In this document: positions 43,796-51,383 of the stretch, one piece after another
Layout: the number at the start of each line of letters is the position of its first letter
How positions within the stretch are numbered: position 1 is the stretch's first letter
Position numbers and translations under genes: made by a program
Source: Thermoplasmata archaeon
GTDB taxonomy: Archaea; Thermoplasmatota; Thermoplasmata; Lutacidiplasmatales; UBA184
Reading direction: 5' to 3'
NCBI GenBank assembly: GCA_038729445.1
Contig: JAVYSA010000003.1
Location: 1-60,118 of the forward strand
Length of the DNA: 60,118 nucleotides
The notes under the pieces: model-generated
The model's input: the letters and a program-made list of their open reading frames with translations, nothing else
Told to the model about the DNA's origin: nothing
The model's database searches: none

Positions 43796-44896
43796 ATGCG
43801 GGCGTTGGTCGTCTCTCCCCCGGCCGCGGGGAGCCGGATCGCGGACGTGCCGGCCCCGACCCTCGGGCCCGGCGAGGTTCGCGTCGGCGTGCTCGAGTGC
43901 GGGGTGTGCGGGACCGACCACGACATCGCCGCGGGCCTGTACGGGAAGACCCCGCCCGGGGCCGACCACCTCATCCTGGGCCACGAGAACCTGGGCCGGG
44001 TCCGGGAGGCCGCCCCGGGGGTGGACGGGTTCCCTCCGGGAACCCTGGTGGTCGCCACCGTGCGGCGCGGATGCGGCCGCTGCCGTTTCTGCGCGGTGAA
44101 CCGATCCGACTGCTGCGCCACGGGGCTCTACACGGAGCGCGGGATCTGGGGGCAGGACGGGTACCTCGCCGAAGAGTACGTCGAGCACCCCGACTACCTC
44201 GTCCGGGTGCCGGAGCCCCTCCGCCCGGTCGCGGTCCTCCTGGAGCCCCTAAGCGTCGTCGAGAAGGCGGTCGCGAGCGGGCAGACCGTGCTCGACCGGC
44301 GGGAGCCGACGCCCGGCGCCCCGGCGACCGAACCGCCCCGGGCGCTGGTCACCGGCACGGGGGCGATCGGGATGCTCGCCAGCCTCGTGCTGCGGACCCG
44401 CGGCTACGAGGTGACGGCGATCGACCGCCACGATGCCTCGACCTTGGCCGCCCACCTGCTCTCGGCGGCGGGGATCCGGCACGTCGACGCCGCGACCGGG
44501 ATCGGCGCCCTCGGCGAGGACCGCTTCGACATGATCATGGAGGCCTCCGGCTCGATCACGCTCGACTTCGCCCTCGTGCCCCGGCTCCTGCCGAACGGGG
44601 TCCTCGTCCTGACCGGCATTCCGGATGCGCACGCGCCGCCGGTGGAGGTCGCCGGCGGGGCCCTGCTGCGGGAGATGGTCCTCGGCAACATGGCGATCGT
44701 GGGGAGCGTGAACGCGAACCGGCAACACTTCGAGGCCGGAATCCGGGACCTCGCGTCGTTCGCCCGGCGCTGGCCCGGCCTGGTCGAACAGCTCATCCAC
44801 GCACGCCGCCCCCTGGAGGAGGGACCCGCCCTCCTCGCGGAGCATCTCGGTGGGACCGTCAAGACGGTCCTCTCGGTCGCGGACGGCCGTCCGTGA
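43796..44896 (+). CDS. Zinc-dependent MDR-family glucose 1-dehydrogenase-like oxidoreductase
   Basis: Trimmed to ATG 43796. Motifs ECGVCGTDHD, GHENLGRV, structural-Zn Cys cluster GCGRCRFCAVNRSDCC and Rossmann VTGTGAIG. Confidence 0.85.
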   Translation: MRALVVSPPAAGSRIADVPAPTLGPGEVRVGVLECGVCGTDHDIAAGLYGKTPPGADHLILGHENLGRVREAAPGVDGFPPGTLVVATVRRGCGRCRFCAVNRSDCCATGLYTERGIWGQDGYLAEEYVEHPDYLVRVPEPLRPVAVLLEPLSVVEKAVASGQTVLDRREPTPGAPATEPPRALVTGTGAIGMLASLVLRTRGYEVTAIDRHDASTLAAHLLSAAGIRHVDAATGIGALGEDRFDMIMEASGSITLDFALVPRLLPNGVLVLTGIPDAHAPPVEVAGGALLREMVLGNMAIVGSVNANRQHFEAGIRDLASFARRWPGLVEQLIHARRPLEEGPALLAEHLGGTVKTVLSVADGRP

Positions 44897-44914
44897 GCTC
44901 CGCGCCCTCAAAGG

Positions 44915-44922
44915 TCTTATAG
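44915..44922 (+). promoter_or_regulatory. TATA-like box TCTTATAG about 29 nt upstream of the rps8e ATG (leaderless geometry)
   Basis: An AT-rich 8-mer in an otherwise GC-rich 51-nt spacer. There is no room for an SD-containing leader. Confidence 0.5.
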
Positions 44923-44947
44923 CGAACGACGGTCGGCGGCGCGCAGC

Positions 44948-45343
44948 ATGGGGATCTGGCAGGGAGGATCGCGGCGCAAGCGGACCGGCGGCCGGCTCCG
45001 GCCGATCCGGAAGAAGCGCCGGCATGAGATCGCTCGGGAGCTCCAGACCGCCACCGTCGGGCCGGGGACCGTCAAGCCGTACCGGGTACGGGGGGGCAAC
45101 CGGAAGCTCCGCATCCTGACCGCCTCGACCGTCAACGTGTTCGACCCGGCGACCCGGACGACGCGCTCGGCGCGGATCGTGACCGTCCGGGAAAACCCGG
45201 CGAATCCCAACTACGTCCAGCGGAACATCATCACCAAGGGCGCGATCCTCGAGACGGAGGTCGGTCTCGTCCGGGTCCTCTCGCGTCCCGGCCAGGACGG
45301 CGTCCTCAACGGCCGGCGAGTCGATGCGCCGGCCTCGGCGTAG
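44948..45343 (+). CDS. rps8e: 30S ribosomal protein S8e
   Basis: MGIWQGGSRRKRTGGRLRPIRKKRRHE...NPNYVQRNIITKGAILETEVG. Confidence 0.95.
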   Translation: MGIWQGGSRRKRTGGRLRPIRKKRRHEIARELQTATVGPGTVKPYRVRGGNRKLRILTASTVNVFDPATRTTRSARIVTVRENPANPNYVQRNIITKGAILETEVGLVRVLSRPGQDGVLNGRRVDAPASA

Positions 45344-45365
45344 GCCGAGTGCCTGCCGACCGCCG

Positions 45366-45680
45366 ATGCCGGACTACTTCTACGTCTATCCCGCGTACCT
45401 CGAGGAGGGGGTTCCCCGGCGGGGGGGACGACGGATTCCGGCCCCGGCCTCGCTGCGCGACGTGACCGCGGCCGAGATCGTCGCCGTCGCCCGGTCCATG
45501 GGCTACGCCGCGGAGGAGGAGCCCGCCAAGCACTACCCCCGCCAGGCGCACGCGTACGCCGGACGGGTCAAGATCCCCAAGCACGGGTCCCTCTCCAAGG
45601 CGGCGTTCCTGCGCTCCCTTGCCGCGGAGATCCGGCGGAGGCGCCCGGCCGGGTCGGTGTCGGCGGGAGGGAAGCGGTGA
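45366..45680 (+). CDS. srp19: Signal recognition particle protein SRP19
   Basis: Trimmed to ATG 45366 (MPDYFYVYPAYLEEGVPRRGGRRIP...KHYPRQAHAYAGRVKI). Confidence 0.85.
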   Translation: MPDYFYVYPAYLEEGVPRRGGRRIPAPASLRDVTAAEIVAVARSMGYAAEEEPAKHYPRQAHAYAGRVKIPKHGSLSKAAFLRSLAAEIRRRRPAGSVSAGGKR

Positions 45681-46477
45681 GCGCCGAGGATCCCGCGACG
45701 ATCTACTTCACCGGCACCGCCGGCGCCGGCAAGACCACCGCGGTCGGGGCGTACGCCGGCTGGCTCCGCTCGCTCGGCCACGATGCGGCCATCGTCAACC
45801 TCGACCCGGGGAACGAGAGCCCGGAGGTCGAGCCGGACGTCGATGTCCGGGAGTGGGTCGATCTCGGCTCGATCATGGAGAACCACGGCCTGGGGCCGAA
45901 CGGCGCCCAGATCGCCGCGGCCGACATGATCGCCCTGAAGATCTTCGACATCAAGCAGGCGGTCGCGGAGTTCCGGACCGACTACGTGCTCGTCGACACG
46001 CCCGGTCAGGTCGAGCTGTTCGCCTTCCGCGAGTCGTCCCGGGCGATCGTCGACGCGCTGAGCGGGGACCGGTCCATGATCGCCTTCCTGTTCGATCCGG
46101 CCCTCGCGCGCCAGCCGAGCGGGTTCGTCTCCCTGCTCCTCCTGAGCGCGACGGTCGAGTTCCGGTTCCGCCTGCCCATGATCCACCTCCTGAGCAAGGC
46201 CGACGTCCTGTCGGAGGAGGAGCGGACGGAGATCCTGGGCTGGTCGGAGGATCCCCCGACGCTCTACGATCGAATCCGCGCCGAGGTCGCCACGCCCAGC
46301 ATGGCGCTGTCGACGGAGCTCTTCCGCGCGCTCGAGGCGATGGGCCCCTACCTGGGCCTCCTGCCGATCTCGAGCCGGGAGGGCCACGGCTTCGAGGCGG
46401 TCTACCGCAGCGCGCAGCGGGTCTTCGCGGGCGAGGAGGATCTCGAGCCGTCCCACGGCCCGGGCGAGCCGGAGTGA
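45677..46477 (+). CDS. GPN-loop GTPase
   Basis: Walker A GTAGAGKTT, GPN motif GLGPNGA and DTPGQVELF. GTGA overlap with the srp19 stop. Confidence 0.9.
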   Translation: MSAEDPATIYFTGTAGAGKTTAVGAYAGWLRSLGHDAAIVNLDPGNESPEVEPDVDVREWVDLGSIMENHGLGPNGAQIAAADMIALKIFDIKQAVAEFRTDYVLVDTPGQVELFAFRESSRAIVDALSGDRSMIAFLFDPALARQPSGFVSLLLLSATVEFRFRLPMIHLLSKADVLSEEERTEILGWSEDPPTLYDRIRAEVATPSMALSTELFRALEAMGPYLGLLPISSREGHGFEAVYRSAQRVFAGEEDLEPSHGPGEPE

Positions 46478-46490
46478 CGGGCCCCGCCCG

Positions 46491-46793
46491 TCACCCTTCC
46501 GTGAAGAAGAGCCCCATGCCGGCGCTGGCGGCCTCGTCCTCGGCGACGAACTGGGCGTGGACCCTCTCCCGGTCCGCCTCGGGGAGGACCGTGCCGATCG
46601 TGGCGAGCCGGCTCGCCGCCTGCTGCACGACGTCGGCGGCCCCCTCGACCTGGACATAGGTCGCGCCGGCGGGGCCTCCCAAGGATGCCGCATCCCTCAC
46701 CTTCAGGCTCTGGCGGGCGATCCGGTCGTCCCGGAGGATCTCGTCCAAGGCGGCACGCCGCTCGTTCGGGACCAGCGCTATGGTGTGTGCCAT
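46491..46793 (-). CDS. Hypothetical 100-aa protein with a ribosomal-stalk-like C-terminal tail
   Basis: ATG 46793 lies 24 nt downstream of TATA-like CTATATG. The protein ends ...FVAEDEAASAGMGLFFTEG. No family recognised. Confidence 0.55.
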   Translation of the reverse strand: MAHTIALVPNERRAALDEILRDDRIARQSLKVRDAASLGGPAGATYVQVEGAADVVQQAASRLATIGTVLPEADRERVHAQFVAEDEAASAGMGLFFTEG

Positions 46794-46920
46794 CGCCGGT
46801 CGACCGGCCCCGGCTATATGGAGGTTCCCCGGTCCGGCGGTCCGGTCCCGGGCCGCGGCCCCTCCCTCCGTTTCCGATGGACGACGGGGTTTATGAATCG
46901 GCGCGCGGGGTGCCGGTCCG

Positions 46921-47574
46921 ATGGCGCCGACCCCTCCCCGGTTCCACCGCTCGGTACGGACGGGCGGGCTCCTCCTCTTGGTCGGAACGCTCCAGTTCCT
47001 CGCCGCCTACACGGCGAGCACCGTCGTGTATCCCCACTACAGCACGCTCGGCGACACGATCAGCGACCTCGGGAACACCGCGACCAGCCCGTGGCACCTC
47101 CTGTTCAACGCGTCGCTCGTGGCCTTCGGGGTGCTCGTCGCCGTGGGCCTGGTCCTTGCGTGGGGGGCGTTCCCCCCGGGATCCCTGCGCGTGGTGGGCC
47201 TGAGCCTCGCGATCCTGGCCGCGATCGGGGCGGTCTTCGTCGGGCTCTTCCCCGAGAACGTCAACGGCGCGGCCCACGACCTGGCCTCCCTGGTCGCCTT
47301 CCTCCCGGGAAGCCTTTCCCTGATCGCCCTGGGTTCCGCGATGGGGCCGGAGACGCGATGGAAAGTGCTGCGGGCGGCGACCCTTGGCCTGGGGATCCTG
47401 AGCCTCGCCTCCCTGGTCCTCTACCAGCTGACCTCCCTCGGCACGTCGGCCTACCTCGGCCTGGTCGAGCGGCTGATCGTCTTCCCGCTGCTCGTCTGGC
47501 TCCTCGCGACCGGAGAGCACCTGATCACGCTGCCAACCCGCGCGCCGGCCACCAAGCACCTCGTCTCCGCCTAA
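46921..47574 (+). CDS. DUF998-like integral membrane protein
   Basis: 217 aa with six TMs. Pattern YPHYSTLGDTISDLG...NASL..FG. TATA-like TTTATGAA 27 nt upstream. Confidence 0.75.
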   Translation: MAPTPPRFHRSVRTGGLLLLVGTLQFLAAYTASTVVYPHYSTLGDTISDLGNTATSPWHLLFNASLVAFGVLVAVGLVLAWGAFPPGSLRVVGLSLAILAAIGAVFVGLFPENVNGAAHDLASLVAFLPGSLSLIALGSAMGPETRWKVLRAATLGLGILSLASLVLYQLTSLGTSAYLGLVERLIVFPLLVWLLATGEHLITLPTRAPATKHLVSA

Positions 47575-47603
47575 GGCGGGACCCCTTGAGGGGGGGGATC
47601 CGT

Positions 47604-48467
47604 TCAGAGGATCTTCGGCCGCTGCGCGTCGCGCTCGTCGAGCGTCCGAAGGAGGGCGTCCGCCGTCGACCGGAGGGCGGGCGACTCGTACGCCTCGAGC
47701 TCCCCCCCGTCCGCGAGCGCGCTGATGCGCGGATCGATCGGGAGGCGGCCGAGCACGGGGATGTCGTACTGCGCGGCGATGGCGTCCACATGGCTTGGCC
47801 CGAACGGGGGAAAGACCGCGTGGCAGTGGGGGCAGGTGACCTCGGTCATGTTCTCCACCACGCCCAGGAGGGGGACGTGGACGTCCCGGGCCATGTTCAT
47901 GGCCTTGCGGACGATCCCCTGGGCGAGCTCCTGGGGGGTCGAGACGAAGACCATCCCGTCGATGGGAATCGTCTGGAAGATCGTGAGCGGGACGTCGCTC
48001 GTCCCCGGGGGAAGGTCGAGGAAGAGGTGGTCGAGCGCCCCCCAGTCGACCCCCCCGAAGAACTGCTGGACGAGACGGGTGACGAGCGGGCCGCGCCAGA
48101 TCACGGGTGTCCCCTCCTCCTCGACCAGGAATTGGGAGCTGACGACCCGGATTCCCCGCCGGCTCACCGCCGGCTCGATCCCCTCGCCCCGATCGGTCAA
48201 CGGGCCCTTGAGGCCGAGCAGGCGGGGGACCGACGGGCCGGTGATGTCGGCGTCCAATAGGCCGACCTCCATCCCCCGCCGCCGGGTCTCGGCCGCGAGG
48301 AGGACGGCGGTGCTCGACTTCCCGACGCCGCCCTTGCCGCTTCCCACCGCGACGATCCGGCGGATGCGGCCCCGGTCCATCCGCTGCAGCGGGCCGCGGG
48401 CGGGACCGCGGGGCGTCGGGCCCCCGGGGGGCGCCGACGTCGGACGGGGGGACGGAGGGGTCGCCAT
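47604..48467 (-). CDS. apbC: Mrp/NBP35/ApbC-family Fe-S cluster carrier ATPase
   Basis: Trimmed to ATG 48465-48467. Motifs VGSGKGGVGKSS, DADITGPS, DLPPGTSD and CPHC. Confidence 0.92.
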   Translation of the reverse strand: MATPPSPRPTSAPPGGPTPRGPARGPLQRMDRGRIRRIVAVGSGKGGVGKSSTAVLLAAETRRRGMEVGLLDADITGPSVPRLLGLKGPLTDRGEGIEPAVSRRGIRVVSSQFLVEEEGTPVIWRGPLVTRLVQQFFGGVDWGALDHLFLDLPPGTSDVPLTIFQTIPIDGMVFVSTPQELAQGIVRKAMNMARDVHVPLLGVVENMTEVTCPHCHAVFPPFGPSHVDAIAAQYDIPVLGRLPIDPRISALADGGELEAYESPALRSTADALLRTLDERDAQRPKIL

Positions 48468-48494
48468 GATGCACGGCAGCGACCCCCGCCTCGC

Positions 48495-48501
48495 TATATA
48501 A
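48495..48501. promoter_or_regulatory. Bidirectional TATA box TATATAA shared by divergent apbC and acd
   Basis: The centre lies ~31 nt from ATG 48467 (minus strand) and ~28 nt from GTG 48526 (plus strand). The whole spacer is only 58 nt. Confidence 0.5.
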
Positions 48502-48525
48502 CGGAGGCCGCCTCCCGTCGGGGCC

Positions 48526-50691
48526 GTGGCGTCGACCGGGGAGGGCCGCCGGGGGACCGGCGCCCTGGACGAGATCTTCGCTCCCCGCTCCATCGCCGTG
48601 GTCGGGGCGTCGAACCGGGAAGGGACCGTCGGGTTCAGCCTCTTCCAGAACCTGCTCACCGGTCACTACCGCGGCGTCGTCTACCCCGTCAACCCCTCCT
48701 GGAAGAGCGTCTCGGGGGTCCGCTGCTACGCGGAGATCGGCGATCTTCCCGAGGCGCCGGACCTCGGGATCGTCATCGTTCCGGCGGCGGGCGTGGCGGA
48801 GGTCGTCCGCGCACTGGGCCGGATCGGGACCCGCGGGGCGATCGTCATCTCCTCCGGGTTCCGGGAGGTCGGACCGGCCGGGGCCGAGCTCGAGGCCCGC
48901 GTGGTCGCCGAGGCACGGCGTGCGCGGATGGCGCTGGTCGGGCCGAACTGCTTCGGGGTGATCAACACCGATCCGGCCGTCGGCCTCAACGCGACGTTCT
49001 CGGAGAGCCTGCCCCCCCGCGGGAACATCGCGTTCATCAGCCAGAGCGGGGCCCTGTGCGCCGGCATCCTCCAATACGGGATCGCCGAGCGGATCGGCTT
49101 CAGCCGGTTCGTCAGCATGGGGAACCGGGCCGGTCTCGACGAGAACGACCTCATGGGGGCCCTCGCGGAGGACCCCGCGACGCGCGTGATCCTCGTCTAC
49201 GTCGAGAGCCTCGCCGACGGGCGCCGGTTCCTCACGGCGGCCCGGGAGGTGACCCGGCGCAAGCCCGTGCTCGTGATCAAGAGCGGGCGCTCTCCCGAGG
49301 GCGAGCGGGCCGCGCGCAGCCACACCGGTTCGCTCGCCCAGTCGTCGCGGGACCGCCTGTTCGACGCCGTCTTCGCGCAGTCGGGGGTCATCCGGGCCGA
49401 GTCGATCGGCGACCTGTTCCGGATGGCGAGGGTCTTCGGCACGACCCCCGAGCTGAAGGGCCGCCGGCTCGCGATCCTGACGAACTCCGGCGGGCCCGGG
49501 ATCGTCGCCGCGGACGCCTGCGCGCGACGGGCGATCGCCCTTCCGCTGCCGACCCCCGGCCTCGCGGCGCGCCTGAGGCGGATCCTGCCGGCAGCCGCGG
49601 CGGTCGCGAACCCGGTCGACATGACCGCCGACGCGAACGAGGCCCGCTACCGCCGCTCCCTGGAGCTCCTCCTCCGCTCGACGGAGTACGACGCGGCGCT
49701 CGTGATCGCGACGCCGACCGGCACGCTCACCTCGGAGGCGGTCGTCCGGGCGATCGAGCAGGGCCGCGGCCGCACGGGCAAGCCGGTGGTCGCCTGCCTC
49801 TTCGGACTGACCGACATCTCGGCGTCGGTCGGCGCCCTCGAGGGGGCGGGGATCCCGACCTTCACGTTCCCCGAGGAGGCGATCGAGGGGATCGCCGGGC
49901 TGGTCGCCTACCGACGGTGGCGGGAGCGCCCGCGCACGCGGGTGCGGAGGTTCCCGGTCGACCGGCGGCGCGCGAGACGGGCGATCGCGCGCGCCCGCGC
50001 CCGGGGCGCGACCGTGCTGCCGGAGTACCAGGCCCGCGAGCTCCTCGAGGCCTACGGCATCCGCTTCCCCGCCTCCGCCACCGCCTCCACGGTGGAAGAG
50101 GCCGTCGCGGCGGCGGATCGGATCGGCTACCCGATCGTGCTCAAGATCGCGAGCCCGGACATCTCCCACAAGACCGACGTCGGAGGGGTGCGGCTCGGGA
50201 TCGAGGATGGCGACGCCCTGCGCGCCGCCTGGGCCGAGATGCGCCGGACGATCCAGGAGAGGGCCCCGTCGGCCCGGATCGAGGGCGTGGAGGTGGAGGC
50301 CCAGATTCCCGAGGGCCCCGAGGTCCTCATCGGCCTCCAGCGCGACCCGCACTTCGGCCCGATCCTGGCGTTCGCCTTGGGGGGAATCTACGTCGAGGCG
50401 ATCCAGGACGTCACCTTCCGGCTCGCGCCGATCGTCTCCTACTCCGCGGAGCAGATGGTCCGTTCGGTCCGCGGCTTCCCGGTCCTGGAGGGGATGCGGG
50501 GGAGGCCGGCAGGGGACCTCCCCGCCCTCTACGAAGCAATCGAGCGGATCAGCCAGCTCGCGGTCGAGCAGCCGGAGATCGCGGAGCTCGACCTGAACCC
50601 GCTGATCGTCCGGCCCCGCGGTTCCGGCGTGGTCGCGGTCGACGCCCGGGTGGTCCTCGCACCGCCTTCCAGATCGGAATCTCCCGCTTGA
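48526..50691 (+). CDS. acd: Acetyl-CoA synthetase (ADP-forming), fused alpha-beta
   Basis: CoA-binding N-terminus (FAPRSIAVVGASNREGTVGF), succinyl-CoA-synthetase-like flavodoxin domains and a C-terminal ATP-grasp (LPEYQARELLEAYGIRFP...YPIVLKIASPDISHKTDVGGV). Confidence 0.92.
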   Translation: MASTGEGRRGTGALDEIFAPRSIAVVGASNREGTVGFSLFQNLLTGHYRGVVYPVNPSWKSVSGVRCYAEIGDLPEAPDLGIVIVPAAGVAEVVRALGRIGTRGAIVISSGFREVGPAGAELEARVVAEARRARMALVGPNCFGVINTDPAVGLNATFSESLPPRGNIAFISQSGALCAGILQYGIAERIGFSRFVSMGNRAGLDENDLMGALAEDPATRVILVYVESLADGRRFLTAAREVTRRKPVLVIKSGRSPEGERAARSHTGSLAQSSRDRLFDAVFAQSGVIRAESIGDLFRMARVFGTTPELKGRRLAILTNSGGPGIVAADACARRAIALPLPTPGLAARLRRILPAAAAVANPVDMTADANEARYRRSLELLLRSTEYDAALVIATPTGTLTSEAVVRAIEQGRGRTGKPVVACLFGLTDISASVGALEGAGIPTFTFPEEAIEGIAGLVAYRRWRERPRTRVRRFPVDRRRARRAIARARARGATVLPEYQARELLEAYGIRFPASATASTVEEAVAAADRIGYPIVLKIASPDISHKTDVGGVRLGIEDGDALRAAWAEMRRTIQERAPSARIEGVEVEAQIPEGPEVLIGLQRDPHFGPILAFALGGIYVEAIQDVTFRLAPIVSYSAEQMVRSVRGFPVLEGMRGRPAGDLPALYEAIERISQLAVEQPEIAELDLNPLIVRPRGSGVVAVDARVVLAPPSRSESPA

Positions 50692-51040
50692 GCCGGTCGA
50701 TCAGGGTGCGGGCGGCCCGGAACGCCTCCGCCCGGTGCGCGGCGGCGACGCCGACGGCGACGGACGTCGCGCCGGCGGGAACGCGGCCCAGGCGGTGCCA
50801 GAGCTCGACCGCGAGGATCCCCGGCCATCGTCCGCGGACCTCGCGTTCGAGGCGGCGGAGACCCTCGATCGCCGGTCGGCGGTCGGACTCGTAGTGCAGG
50901 GCGGTCACGGACCCCCCCCGGGGGAGCGGATCCGGCCGGACCACTCCTTCAAAGACGACGATCCCGCCGGCGCCCGGCCGGGCGAGCCGCCGCCGCACGA
51001 CCGCCATGGAGATCGTCCCTCGGACCAGTCGGACCGGCAT
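50549..51040 (-). CDS. moaE: Molybdopterin synthase catalytic subunit MoaE with an R/P-rich C-terminal run-on
   Basis: GGIVVFEGVVR, LHYES, HRLGRVPAGATSVAVGVAAAHRAEAFRAARTLIDRLKREIPIWK. The last ~40 aa are antisense to the acd 3' end. Confidence 0.85.
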   Translation of the reverse strand: MPVRLVRGTISMAVVRRRLARPGAGGIVVFEGVVRPDPLPRGGSVTALHYESDRRPAIEGLRRLEREVRGRWPGILAVELWHRLGRVPAGATSVAVGVAAAHRAEAFRAARTLIDRLKREIPIWKAVRGPPGRRPRPRRNRGAGRSAGSGRAPRSPAARPRAG

Positions 51041-51043
51041 CGT

Positions 51044-51313
51044 TCAGCCCCCGCTGTAGGGGGGATGGATCGCGAGCTCGTCGCCGGGCCGGACCGTCGT
51101 CCGCGCCGGGTCGGCGTACTGGCCGTTGACGAGGATGCGGCTGTGCGCCACGACGCGCCGCAGGCGGGGGTGGAGCGCGGCGATCGCCTCGAGCACCGCT
51201 GCCGCCGTCTCCCCTTCCGTCGGGACGGTCCAAGAGATGGTGGGGGAGCCGGCCGCCTCCCGTGCCTGCGCGAAGAGGCGGACCCGGAGCGGTGCGGTCA
51301 TGCCCCGGTCCAT
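51044..51313 (-). CDS. moaD: Molybdopterin synthase sulfur carrier MoaD (ThiS/MoaD fold)
   Basis: 89 aa: VRLFAQAREAAG...VNGQYADPARTTVRPGDELAIHPPYSGG, with a C-terminal Gly-Gly. Confidence 0.8.
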   Translation of the reverse strand: MDRGMTAPLRVRLFAQAREAAGSPTISWTVPTEGETAAAVLEAIAALHPRLRRVVAHSRILVNGQYADPARTTVRPGDELAIHPPYSGG

Positions 51314-51383
51314 GCGGGAGCCCCCCTAACCGATTGCGGCGGCCACCGCTGACCCTTAATACGCTCGCCCGCTCGAACCGGAC

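Noticed and set aside
46891-50352. Very long ORFs on the strand opposite to, or out of frame with, recognised genes. Examples: 46891..50352 (1153 aa), 55974..59210 (1078 aa), 33394..35691 (765 aa), 13401..15719 (772 aa), 28330..30510 (726 aa) and 50949..53312 (787 aa).
   Set aside because: Their translations are monotonous R/P/G/D/E-rich strings with no motifs. They overlap genes with unmistakable conserved motifs on the other strand or frame. At ~70% GC, stop codons are rare in all frames, so such ORFs are expected artefacts.
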